Source: Mobula birostris
Lineage: Eukaryota
DNA: 64,000 nucleotides
Direction: 5' to 3'
NCBI RefSeq assembly: GCF_030028105.1
Contig: NC_092371.1
Span: forward strand, 65,986,057 to 66,050,056
Shown: piece by piece, positions 26,230 to 37,266 of the stretch
Layout: the number at the start of each line of letters is the position of its first letter
How positions within the stretch are numbered: the first letter of the stretch is position 1
Program-made: the position numbers and the translations under genes
Notes under the pieces: generated by a model
The model's database searches: none
Seen by the model: the letters and a program-made list of their open reading frames with translations, nothing else
Told to the model about the DNA's origin: nothing

Positions 26230-26630
26230 CCCTTGAGTCCTAGCAACAGCATTGTAAATCTTTTCTACACTCTTTCCAATTTAGTATCATCTTTCCTACA
26301 GTGAGATGACCAGAACTGGACATATAGGTAACTGAATATATACTTCAAGTGCAGCCTCACCAGTATCTTGCACAAGCTCAACATATCTGTCCAACTTCTA
26401 TAGTCAATGTTGCGACTAATGAAGATCGGTGTGCTAAAAGCCTTCTTCACCACCCAGTCTATTTCCAACTCTACCTTCAGGAAACCATGTACCTGAACTC
26501 CAAAGTCTCTCTGTTCTACAACACATTCCTGTTCACCTAACTTGATTTGACTTTTCAAAATGCAACACCTCACATTAATCTGAAAATTAAACTTAATTTG
26601 CCATTATTTGGTCCACTCATTCAGCTGATT
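26230..26630 (-). mobile_element. CR1 LINE fragment
   Basis: EQRDFGVQVH...VVKKA...VQFWS...DDTKLERV. Confidence 0.75.
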
Positions 26631-27431
26631 CATCCTTCTTCCAGCAAAATGACAGTGTACTTGGTTGTAGCAGCTTCTCCAGATACCAACAAAGGTTTGT
26701 ATCTTATGTGCCAACACAAGACACTGCTGGGTATTGAGAATATCAAGTGCTGCAGGTCTGTCCCACGGGCAAGTCACTCGACGGCGGTGAAGTCGGACTT
26801 ATTACGCACCGTGTTGCAGTCTACTACAGGAGGAAGGTGTCAGATGAGGTTGTGGTCCAACACATGGTAGAATTATTGTCCTAGATGTGTTCCTTGTGAA
26901 TGCAGGACCCTGTTGGACATTGATAATGAACACTGAACACAGGACGCTGCGAGTCCGGTTCTCTGGTTGGCGAGACCGAGAGTGGGAGGAGCTGTGCGGC
27001 CTTGGTTGTTGTGCGGAACTTGCCCACATGCCGCAGGGTGGTCTGGCACAGCTTTCCAGCGCAGGAGATGCCGGAGGTGGTGTGGGAGAGAGCTGGAGCC
27101 TGTGCTGAATACAGGACTGTTCCCTCTTGTCGGTGTTGTCAGAGTCAGAATCGGGTTTAATATCACTGGTATACGGTACGTTGTGATGGTTTTATGGCAG
27201 GAGTACATTGCAAAACATAAGAACAAAGCCCATAAGTTACAATAAGTATATATACAAAAAGAAAATTAAATAAGTAGTGCAAAAAGAGAGGAAAAATACC
27301 GAGGTAGTGTTCATGCTTCATTGCCCAGTCAGAAATTTGATGGCAGAGGGGATGAAGCTATTCCTGAATCAATGAGTGTGTTTTCAGGCTTCTGTACCTC
27401 CTTCCTGATGGTAGCAATAAGAACAAGGCTA

Positions 27432-27990
27432 GACACGAGGAAATCTGCAGATGCTGGAAATTCAAGCAACACACATAAAAATTGCTGGTGAACGCAGCAG
27501 GCCAGGCAGCATCTATAGGAAGAGGTACAGTTGACGTTTCGGGCCGAGACCCTTCGTCAGGACTAACTGAAAGAAGAGACAGTAAGAGATTTGAAAGTGG
27601 GAGGGGGAGGGGGAGATCTGAAATGATAGGAGAAGACAGGAGGGGGACAGATGGAGCTAAGAGCTGGACAGTTGATTGGCAAAAGGGATACGAGGCTGGA
27701 GAAAGGAGAGGATCATGGGATGGGAGGCCTGGGGAGAAAGAAAGAGGAAGGGGAGCCCTGAGGATTTGCAAGGAGTTATAGTGAGAGGGATAGAGGGAGA
27801 AAAAAGAGAGTGAGAACAAACAACAAACAAACAAACAAATAAATAAATAAGGGATGGGGTACGAAGGGGAGGTGGAGCATTAACGGAAGTTAGAGAGGTA
27901 ATGTTCATGCCATCAGGTTGGAGGCTACCCAGACAGAATATAAGGTGTTGTTCCTCCAACCTGAGTGTGGCTTCATCTTGACAGTGGAGG
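27432..27990 (-). mobile_element. Penelope-like 3' fragment
   Basis: CQDEATLRLEEQHLIFCLGSLQPDGMN plus the conserved tail. Confidence 0.85.
27528..27569 (-). ncRNA. Minimal type I hammerhead ribozyme motif
   Basis: Minus strand: CAGUUAGUC-CUGACGA-AGGGUCUCGGCCC-GAAA-CGUC-AACUG; core and stem II intact, ACGU palindromic stem III. Confidence 0.75.
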
Positions 27991-28412
27991 AGGTTGTGCC
28001 CTGGCTGATGGGTGCTGCCTTTTTGTGGCATCACCTCTTGAAAATGTCTCGGATGCTGGGAAGGCTAGTGCCCATGATGGAGCTGGCTGAGTTTACAAAT
28101 TTCTGCAGCTTTTTCCAATGCTGTGCAGTGGCCCCTCCACAGCAGACAGTGGTGCTGTCCATGGTACACCTATAGGAATTTGTGAGTGCCTTTGGTGATA
28201 TACCAATTCTCCTCAAACCCTAATGAAGTATAGCTGCTGTATCACCTTCTTTCTAATTACATTAATATGTTGGGCCCAGGATAGATTGTTGAAGAGGTTG
28301 ACACCCAGGAACTTGAAACTGTTCATCCTTTCCACTTCTGATACCTTGATACGTATTGGTGTGTGTTCCCTGAACTTTCCCTTCCTGAAGCCCACAATCA
28401 GTTTCTTTATCT

Positions 28413-29090
28413 GGGGGAGGAGAAGATGGCGGCGCGACACAGCGCGCGCGGCCGCTCCAAATTGATATCGTATTTGTGAAGTAGGATGCCGTGCACAATC
28501 CTGATTTGATGGAGACAGCCATGAGAAGCAGAGAGGAACATCTGGAGAAACTTCTGAAATGCCTGCTTCGCTGCCGCTGCTACTGTGCGATCAAGAATCT
28601 CTGGAGGGGAAGGCCCCAAATCCTCGGCTTTGCCTATTGCCTGTTGCCGGGGCTGGAGTCAAAGCGCCCGGCAGAGATGGTGCTCGGTGCTTGGAGTCAG
28701 AGAGCTGGTCGGAGGCTCGAAATTTTTGGACGGTCTCGGAGTCGGATTGTGGTCGAGTGCTTCCAAGATGCTGCATCGGCAAGTTTGCAGTGCTGGAAGC
28801 TCATGGCAGGAAGAGTTTTCTTCCTTCTACTGTCTGCGTGAGATGATGGGACTTTTGAGAGACTTTGAGATTTTTTTTACCATGCCCATGATCTGTTCTT
28901 CTATCAAATTACGGTATTGCTTGCACTGTTGTAACTATATAATTATGTGGTTGTTGTCAGTTTTTTTAAGTCTTGGTTTGTCTTGTGTTTCTGTGATATC
29001 ATTCTGGAGGAACAAATTGTATCATTTCTTAATGCATGCATTACTAAATGACAATAAAAGAGGACTGTGTGTCATAATCTGATCTAATCT
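28413..29090 (+). mobile_element. ~680-bp non-autonomous retroelement with AAGATGGCGGC head and (ATCTA)n-type tail
   Basis: Second copy in inverse orientation at 30345-31035; interrupts a Rex element; no conserved ORF. Confidence 0.8.
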
Positions 29091-30344
29091 ATTTTACTGA
29101 TGTTGAGTGCAAGGTTGTTGCTATGACACAAGTCAACCAGCTGATCTATCTCGCTCCTGTACATAAGAACATAAGAAAGGCCCAGCTTGCTCAACTTTCC
29201 TCATAAGACATGTTTTCTAATCTAAGAGTACAATAGATGAGTTGTTATGGCTTTTCTTGAACATAAAATGCCTCTGCCATTTTTATTTGCGAAAACCTGC
29301 ATGGTGACTCCGATACTCCAGGACGATTCCTGAGTTATTGACCATGTCAGCCAGCACAGTTGCTTTGGAACTGCCAGAGATTTGGGAGCAATATGCCATT
29401 GCCTGATTTGCACAGGCCGAGGCCCAATTCATGCTGTGAGAAATCACCGCTGACAATACCAAATATTTTTATGTGGTAGTGTTGCTTGACCGGCAGCTCC
29501 ATCCCCTGAAAGGAAGTACAGCATGTTTGACTGTGAACTTCTCAGTCTCTATCTGGCTGTCTGCCACTTTCATTTTTTCTAGAGGGTCTCCATTCCACGG
29601 CACTCATTGACCACAAACCCCTCATGCACGCAATGGCCAAAATATCAGACCCTTGGTCTGCACGACGGCAACGCCACCTGGCCTGCATATCCCAGTTCAC
29701 AACTGATATATAACATGTCAATGGGAAAAATAATGCTGTGGCTGATTGCCTCTCACGGCCAGCTGTTGAGACACATAGGGGTGGACTATGCTGGCATGGC
29801 AGCCAACCAAGCCACTTACCCAGAGGTCCAGGCTTACCAACTAGCAATCACAGGCCTGCGGTTGGCTGACATTAAGTTCAGGGAAGGTGGGTTTCTCTCC
29901 TGTGTGATGACTCAACCAGTCACCCTCACCCCACAGTGCCAACAAACTGGAGATGGACAGTTTTTAACTCCATACATGGCCTCTTGCAGCTGGACCAGAA
30001 GGCCTCACAGAAACTGGTTGCACTAAAGTTTGTGCGGCACTGCCTTAGAAAGGACATGTGTGATTATACTGCAGCTTGTTTGAAGTATCTGCAGGCAAAG
30101 ATTAACTGTCATGCTCAGGTGCTATTGGCATCTTTTGAGGTCTCAGGGTGTCAGTTTGACTATGTCAATGTGGACCTTGTTGGTCCTCTTCCCCTCTCAC
30201 GTGGTTTCACACACTTCTTTACTATGGTGGACTGTACCGCCAGATGGCCAGAAGTCATCCCTCTAGTATCGACGATGGCTCCGGACGTGGCACGGGCATT
30301 CATCAGCACCCAGGAGTGCACAGTTTGGCATCCCATCTGATATT

Positions 30345-31035
30345 AGATTAGATTAGATTATGAGGACATGCTGTCCTCTTTTATTGTCATTTAGTAATGC
30401 ATGCATTAAGAAGTGATACAATGTTCCTCCAGTATGATATCACAGAAACACAAGACAGACAAAGACTGAAAAACTGGCAAAAAGCACATAATTATAACAT
30501 ATAGTTACAACAGTGCAAAGCAATACCATAATTTGATAAATAATAGACAATGGGCACAGTAAAAAAAAAGTCTCAAAGTCTCTCGAAAGTCGCATCATCT
30601 CACGCAGACGGTAGAAGGAAGAAAAACTCTCCCTGCCATGAACCTCCAGCGCCGCAAACCTGCCGATGCAGCACCCTGGAAGCACCCGACCACAGCCGAC
30701 TCTTGAGTCCGTCCGAAAACTTCGAGCCTCCAACCAGCCCTCTGACACCGAGCACTGAGCACCATCTCTGCCGAGCGCTTTGACCCTGGCCCCGGCCGCC
30801 AAGCAATAGGCAAAGCCGAGGATTTGGGGCCTTCCCTTCCGGAGATTCTCGATCGCACGGTAGAAGTGGCAGCGAAGCAGGCATTTCAGAAGTTTCTCCA
30901 GATGTTCCTCCATGCTTCTCACGTCTGTCTCCATCAAATCAGGATTGTGCACAGTCTCCTGCTTAACAAATACAGATATCATCCTGGAGCGGCCGCGCAC
31001 GCTGTGTTGCGCTGCCATCTTCTCCTCCCCTCCCC
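30345..31035 (-). mobile_element. Second copy of the same non-autonomous element, inserted in the gypsy integrase
   Basis: Reverse-complement homology to 28413-29090 over its length; the host sequence ccatctgatatt|tcatctgaccgc rejoins across it. Confidence 0.8.
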
Positions 31036-31659
31036 AATTTCATCTGACCGCAGTCCCCAATTCCTATCAGATGGCCCAGTACCTCAGCATTAGGCTACAT
31101 CACACCATGATGTATTAACCGCAGTCCAATGGCCTGAGTGAATGGTTTCACCACTCCTTAAAGACTGCTCTGAGGGCTTCCCTGTCTGATGAGTGTTGGC
31201 ATGATCATCTCCTGTGGGTCCTGCTGGGCCTCAGAATGGCTCCAAAAGAGGACATGCAGTCATCATGGCTGAGTTGGTATACAGGCAGCATTATGAGTGC
31301 CAGGTGGTTTCATTCCTGACGCCACGACCGTCTTGTCGGTCTCTCAACAGCATTCCACCCCCCTCAGTAAATTCAATACGTTTTCACCTGTTCCTACCTC
31401 CCATCATGGCAAACAGCACTCTTGGGTTCCTGTTGACATACAATCCACCTCGTTTGTTTACATCCACCATGATACATACCAACATCCCCTTAGACTCCCT
31501 TACAAAGGCTTGTTCCGTGTTTTGGAAAAGGGTGAAAAGACTTTTATCATAGATAAGAGGGGTAAACCTGAATGTATTTCAGTCCATTTCATTAAAACAG
31601 CCCACTGAAATTTGGAGAATTCCACTATCTTGCCTTTGGTGTCACGACATGATGATGAG

Positions 31660-31790
31660 CGCTGGCACGTGGCCAAGTGGTTAAGACGTTGGACTAGTGA
31701 GCTGAAGGTCGCGAGTTTGAACCTCAGCTGAGGCAGTGTGTTGTGTCCTTGAGCAAGGCACTTAACCACACATTGCTCCTGCACGTTTAT
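31660..31790 (+). mobile_element. tRNA-derived CORE-type SINE head
   Basis: A box TGGCCAAGTGG (31670-31680), B box GTTTGAACC (31715-31723), CORE-like GTGTCCTTGAGCAAGGCACTTAACC. Confidence 0.7.
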
Positions 31791-33124
31791 AGCCCGGCGG
31801 CGGTTGTTGCAGTATGGGCAAGACAAGACACACCTCTGGATGAGCCAGAGGCACTTGCTGTTCCTCTACACATAGAACATAGAACCCATGCTTGTCTGAG
31901 CTCCTTACAGGCTTACAACGCTGGTTTTAGTCATCTCTGCGGGTGGGGATGGGGGTGCCTGTGTAAAGGAATGGAATTAGTCGAAGTGTACATAATTCAC
32001 AACTGAAATTGGGGGTTTCACTTCAAGAGGCTAGACTAACATGATGGCGTAATTACGTAAAGCTTTAACGTGCTTTGTATTCAGTGTTTGGAGAACAATA
32101 AATGAGTTGTTACAGTTTTTTTTAAACAGAAAATGCCTCCACTGCTTTTATTTGCAAAAACCTACACTGCGACTTTGTGTTCTCAGTTGTTTTGTGTCTT
32201 AACTTGTGAACAAATTACCTTGCACAAGACCTTAGTATCACAGAGGGCTTACCGAAAGGGACATGGACACAACCAATTTTGGTTCCTACAATACGTACAA
32301 GGCAAGTCTGGTACAAGACCACACCACTTGCTTTGGCCAGCAAGCCTCATATTTTTTAAAAAATGTACTTGCTGCATTCTGTGAGTGCCACAAGATGGCA
32401 GCAAAGGCAAACATGATGGAATGATCAACAGGAATTTGCAGAATTCTATATAGATCCAAGATGTGCAACAGCCTTCTAATTATGCTAATGATTTTATTCA
32501 TTGTTTCTGCTAGCTGCAACATGATTCCACCATCAGCCACATGCTTCCCTCTCCAGAGCCATCTGTTTTCCTCAGGGGTCACTCTCTGTGGCTCCCTAGC
32601 ACGATCATTCCAACCCAAAGTCAGCCTCTTTCCATTTTAACTGTCAGAAGTGCAGCACCTGCCCCTACACCTCCTCTCTCACAACCATCCAGGGAATTGA
32701 ATGGCTCTTCCTGCTGGGACAGAAGTCCACATGCATTTCCTCTAACCTTGTCTATTGCTTTCAGTGCTCTTAACTCTACATCAGAGGAGCCAATGTCACG
32801 AGATTGGGTGACCCATTTGCCAAGTACAATGCCTATTATGGATAGAGTGCTGTTGCTCTGCAAATGTAGGTTAATTGGTCACGTGGTTGTAATTGCATTT
32901 CACAGGCAAAGCGGAAGGTCCAGCATGAAGCACGGAGTTCTCCAATTTCACATAACCCACACTCTCTCAGATCCTTTCCCTCTGTTCCTGATACACCCAG
33001 GTTCCCTTCTTTCTAACCCCCAGCACTCTGACCTCCTGTAACCCAGTGCCTTTTCCCTCCACCACCTAGTTTCATCTGCCCATCACCCACACACACTATT
33101 CACTCGATCCCTTCTCTTTCTGTT

Positions 33125-33555
33125 TGATGGCTTTGGACCTGTACTCGCTAAAGGTTAGAAGAATGAAGGGAGGCCTCATTGAAATCTATCAACAATTGAA
33201 AGGCCTAGATAGAGTGGATGTCGGGAGAACGTTTCCTATAGTGGGGGAGTCTAGGACCAGTGGGCACAACTACAGAACAGAGAGATGTCCATTTAGAACA
33301 AAGATAGGGAGGAATTTCTCTACCCAGAGCATAGTAAATCTGTGGAATCCATTGCCATAGATGGCTGTGGAGGTCAAGATATTGAGTATATTTAAAGCGG
33401 AGCTTGGTAAGTTCTTGATTAAACAGGGAGTCCAAGATTATGGGGAGAAGAAAGGAGAATGGGTTTGAGAGAGATAATAAATCAGCCATGATGGAATGGT
33501 GGAACACACTCCATGGGTGAAATGACTTAAATCTGCTCCTATGTCTTATGGTCTT
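33125..33555 (+). mobile_element. CR1 3' fragment
   Basis: MALDLYSLKVRRMKGGLIE...SRTSGH...VNLWN; (TATGGTCT)-type tail. Confidence 0.85.
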
Positions 33556-33842
33556 CCTTGTACTGTTCCCATTTACCCTCTATCCCTGGTTCCACTCACC
33601 ACCTTTGTTTCTTATCAGACTCTATCATCTGCAGTCTTTAATTGCCTCCAGTTGTCATCTCCTAGCCTTGGCCACAATCTCCACTGCTCCCTCCTCCACA
33701 TGACTCCATCTGCTTATCAAACTCTACTCACCTCCATCCATCATATGAAGAGCATTTGGTGTCTCTGGGCCTTTATTCACTACAATTCAGAAGAATGAGT
33801 GGAGACCTCAATGAAACCTATCGAATGGTGAAAGTCCTTGAT

Positions 33843-34262
33843 CGTCGTTGTCATGGCTATCCCTCGAGGTCGAGGATGATGGTCTTCGTTCTGAAGTGGT
33901 CCACAGAGCGGAGACGCCTGTGTGTGTATTTGTTTAAAATGTACTTGATGTTGCACTCCAAGAAGCACATGATACTTCACAAATCAACCAACTGATTCCA
34001 ATGGCATGGAAACGACGACGATTGGAACTGATGGATTTGTTGCAGCCTTCATCCGCCTTCACAGCCATTGAGTTCGAAGTAACTTCATCCGCCTGTTCCA
34101 CCGTTGAGGTTTTGGTTGGATTGTTCTTTGTCAGGAACTTCACCCTTGACCTTACCGCCATGGGTGACCCTACCAGGAGCATAGCTCCAGATGGCATTGC
34201 TCTCGGGATCACAGGACCACACAAGCTTCTCCACCACGACAACGTGACAATCCACGGAGAAG
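33843..34262 (-). mobile_element. ~420-bp RTE-derived non-autonomous element with TSD
   Basis: TSD AAAGTCCTTGAT (33831-33842 and 34264-34275); RTE-type head TTGTCGTGGTGGAG...CCTGGTAGGGTCACCCATGG; second copy at 55006-55415. Confidence 0.8.
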
Positions 34263-34465
34263 GAAAGTCCTTGATAGGGTGGATGTGGAGAGGATGTTTC
34301 TCTTGGTGGGAGAGTCTAAGACCAGAGGACACAGACTCAGAGTAGAGGGGCATCCATTTAGAACGGAGATGAGGAGGAATGTCTTCAGCCTCTGAGTGGT
34401 GAACCTGTGGAATTCTTTGCCAAAGGTGGCTGTGGAAACCAAGTCTTTATGTATAGTTAAGGCAG

Positions 34466-34845
34466 TTGTTGGTGGCATCCGTTAGTCTCGTGAGACCATG
34501 GATCTACACCTGGAAGGTTTCCAGGGTGCAGGCCTGGGCAAGGTTGTATGGAAGACCAGCAGTTGCCCATGCAGCAAGTCTCCCCTCTCCACGACACCGA
34601 TGTTGTCCAAGGGAAGGGCAAGGGCCATACAACTTGGGACCAGTGACATCGCAGGAGTTGCCAGAACGAGGTTGAAAGCAACGTCGGACTGCCTTAGGGA
34701 CTCCACCTCCGGATTTGTCCTCAGGGTTTACTCCCGAAGCCTTTCCCATGAGTGGGTATGGCCACAAGGCAGTGGAGGTTTGAAATCAGAGTTTTCCCTC
34801 TCTTAGATGGACTGCCTTCCCAAGCTGATGAGCTCCATCTACCCG
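34466..34845 (-). mobile_element. ~380-bp RTE-like non-autonomous element
   Basis: Head GGGTAGATGGAGCTCATCAGC...GGAAAACTCTG, (CAA)n tail, approximate TSD aaggcag/aaagcag. Confidence 0.65.
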
Positions 34846-35496
34846 AAAGCAGAGATTGATAGATCCTTGATTGGTCAGAACATGGAGGGATAAGGGGAGA
34901 AGGCAGGAGATTGGGACTGAGAGGAAAATTGGATCAGCCATGATGAAATGGCGGAGAAGACTCAGTGGGCCAATTAACCTAATCCTGCTCCTGCATCTTA
35001 AGGTCCTACGTTCTTATGGATCTGCCTTTTGCCAGCTCCTGCCTCAACCCTTCCCCTCTACTTCGATTATACCAGCTCACTATCCCTGGCACTCTCAGTC
35101 CCGCTGCAGGGTCTTATTCCGAAACTTTGACTACCCCTTTGCCTCCTTAGACTGCTGTTCATCTACCCATATCTTTTTGCTCCAGATCCCAGCCAGTTGT
35201 AGTCTCTCTGTCTCTATTTTATTGCTCATATTTAGTATCTGAGAGTATATTAAGTCATCATCTTAACAGTCATTATTTTTGTGCATATTTAATTTTATTT
35301 TTCTCATTTGCAATACCTGCCAAAGAACTGTAAACCCAAGTTAAAAAATGTTGCAGTGCATAAAATGCTGGGTTGAAAAGATCCCAGTTCTGTGAAAGCA
35401 AGCAGCTAATCACAAAGTTACCACATCTGTTTACATATTACTGTTTAACTGCACATGCCGAAACAGAATAAAATCACTTAAATAGACTTGTGGAAT

Positions 35497-35925
35497 GTTT
35501 GATGGCTCTTGGCCTGTACTCGTTGGAGGGAGTTTAGATGAATGAGGGGAGATCTCATTGAAACCCATCAAGTATTGAAACCCTAGATAGAGTGGACGTG
35601 GAGAGGGTGTTTCCTATAGTGGGTGAATCTAGGACCAGAGGGCACGGCCTCAGAATAGAGGGATTTCATTTAGAATAGAGATGAGGAGGAATTTCTTTAG
35701 CCAGATGGTAGTGAATTTGTGGAATTCATTGCCATTGAACACCATGGAGGCCAAGTTATTGGTGTTTTAAAGCGAAGGTTGTAAGGTTCTGGATTAGTAA
35801 GGGCATCGAAGGTTACAGGGTGAAGGCAGAAAAATGGGGTTGAAAAGGATAATAATTCAGCCATGATGGAATGGCAGAGCAAACTCATATATGTGGAATG
35901 GCCTAATTGTGTATTATGGTCTTAA
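35497..35925 (+). mobile_element. CR1 3' fragment
   Basis: Same family as 33125-33555. Confidence 0.8.
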
Positions 35926-36203
35926 ATAGAGTAGTCTATTATTTTCAATATTTAAATTTTATAGCAACACACACACAAAAATGCTGGTGGAACACAGCAG
36001 GCCAGGCAGCATCTATAGGAAGAGGTACAGTCGACATTTTGGGCCGGGACCCTTCGTCAGGACTAACTGAAAGAAGAGACAGTAAGAGATTTGAAAGTAG
36101 GAGTGGGAGGTGGAGATCTGAAATGATAGGACAAAACAGGAGGGGGAGGGATGGATCTAAGAGCTGGAAAGTTGGTTGACAGACTGGAGAAGGGAGAGAA
36201 TCT

Positions 36204-36686
36204 GCGAGTCTGTGGTGGCTAGTGCTATCATGTTTGCTGTTGTGTGCTGGGGCAGCAGGCTGAGGGTAGCAGACACCAACAGAATCAACAAACTCATTCG
36301 TAAGGCCAGTGATGTTGTGGGGATGGAACTGGACTCTCTCACGGTAGTGTCTGAAAAGAGGATACTGTCTAAGTTGCATGCCATCTTGGTCAATGTCTCC
36401 CATCCACTACATAATGTACTGGTTGGGCACAGGAGTACATTCAGCCAGAGACTCATTCCACCGAGATGCAGCACAGAGTGTCATAGGAAGTCATTCCTGC
36501 CTGTGGCCATCAAACTTTACAACTCCTCCCTTGGAGGTCCTGGACTTATTTCATAATTTACTGGCATAATTTACATATTACTATTTAACTATTTATGGTT
36601 CTATTACTATTTATTATTTATGGAGCAACTGTAACGAAAACCAATTCCCCCGGGATCAATAAAGTATGACTATGACTATGACTATG
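36204..36686 (+). mobile_element. Rex-Babar 3' fragment inserted antisense into the PLE tail
   Basis: Near-identical to 2774-3277; (ATGACT)n tail. Confidence 0.85.
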
Positions 36687-37226
36687 GATCATGGGACAGG
36701 AAGTCTGGGGAGAGAGAGAAGGGGAGAGGGGAGCCCGGAGGGTGGAGAACAGGCAAGGAGTTATAGTGTGAGGGACAGAGGGAGAAAAAAGAGAGGGAGA
36801 GAGAAAAAAAGGGGGAAAAATATATATATTAAATAAATAAATAAGGATGGGGTGTGAAGGGGAGGAGGGGCATTACGGAAGTTTGAGAAGCCAATATTCA
36901 TGCCATCAGGTTGGAGGCTACCCAGACGGAATATAAGGTGTTGTTCCTCCAACCTGAGTGTGGCTTCATCTTGACAGTAGAGGAGGCCGTGGATAGACAT
37001 ATCAGAATGGGAATGGGATGTGGAATTAAAATGTGTGGCCACTGGGAGATCCTGCTTTCTCTGGCGGACAGAGTGTAGGTGCTCAGCGAAACAGTCTCCC
37101 AGCCTGCGTCAGGTCTTGCCAATATATAGAAGACCGCACCGGGAGCACCGGCAGAGTATATGACACCAGCCATACTCATAACACACTGGAGGAACACAGT
37201 AGCTCGGGCAGCATCTGTGGAAATGA

Positions 37227-37266
37227 TCAGTCAATGTTTCGGGCCGGAACCCTTCGTCAGGACTGA
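37227..37266 (-). ncRNA. Minimal type I hammerhead motif in a short inserted cassette
   Basis: Minus strand: UCAGUC-CUGACGA-AGGGUUCCGGCCC-GAAA-CAUU-GACUGA; perfect 6-bp stem I, 4-bp stem II. Confidence 0.72.

Larger units (their letters stand above)
27145..29160 (-). mobile_element. Rex-Babar-type LINE interrupted by a PLE fragment and a non-autonomous element
   Basis: SFKFLGVNL.NNLSWAQHI and SPKALTNSYRCT motifs on either side of the insertions. Confidence 0.75.
29226..32166 (+). mobile_element. Decayed Ty3/gypsy LTR retrotransposon with both LTRs
   Basis: Partial 5' LTR ends ...aaaacctgca (29301), then PBS-like tggtgactccga. Integrase remnants FDYVNVDLVGPLPLSRGFTHFFTMVDCTARWPEVIPL, PQSNG and LRLPYKGLFRV. 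G-rich PPT at 31941-31957; 3' LTR tgta...taca at 31962-32166, homologous to the 5' LTR. Confidence 0.88.
33757..35020 (+). mobile_element. CR1 3' fragment carrying two short insertions
   Basis: LGLYSLQFRRMSGDL...; the CR1 sequence resumes after each insertion. Confidence 0.8.

Noticed and set aside
31660-31735. Possible tRNA gene
   Set aside because: No complete cloverleaf; continues into a CORE-SINE domain.
34824-34849. CTGATGAG...GAAA hammerhead-like string on plus
   Set aside because: No stem II, and the GAAA arises at the insertion/TSD junction.
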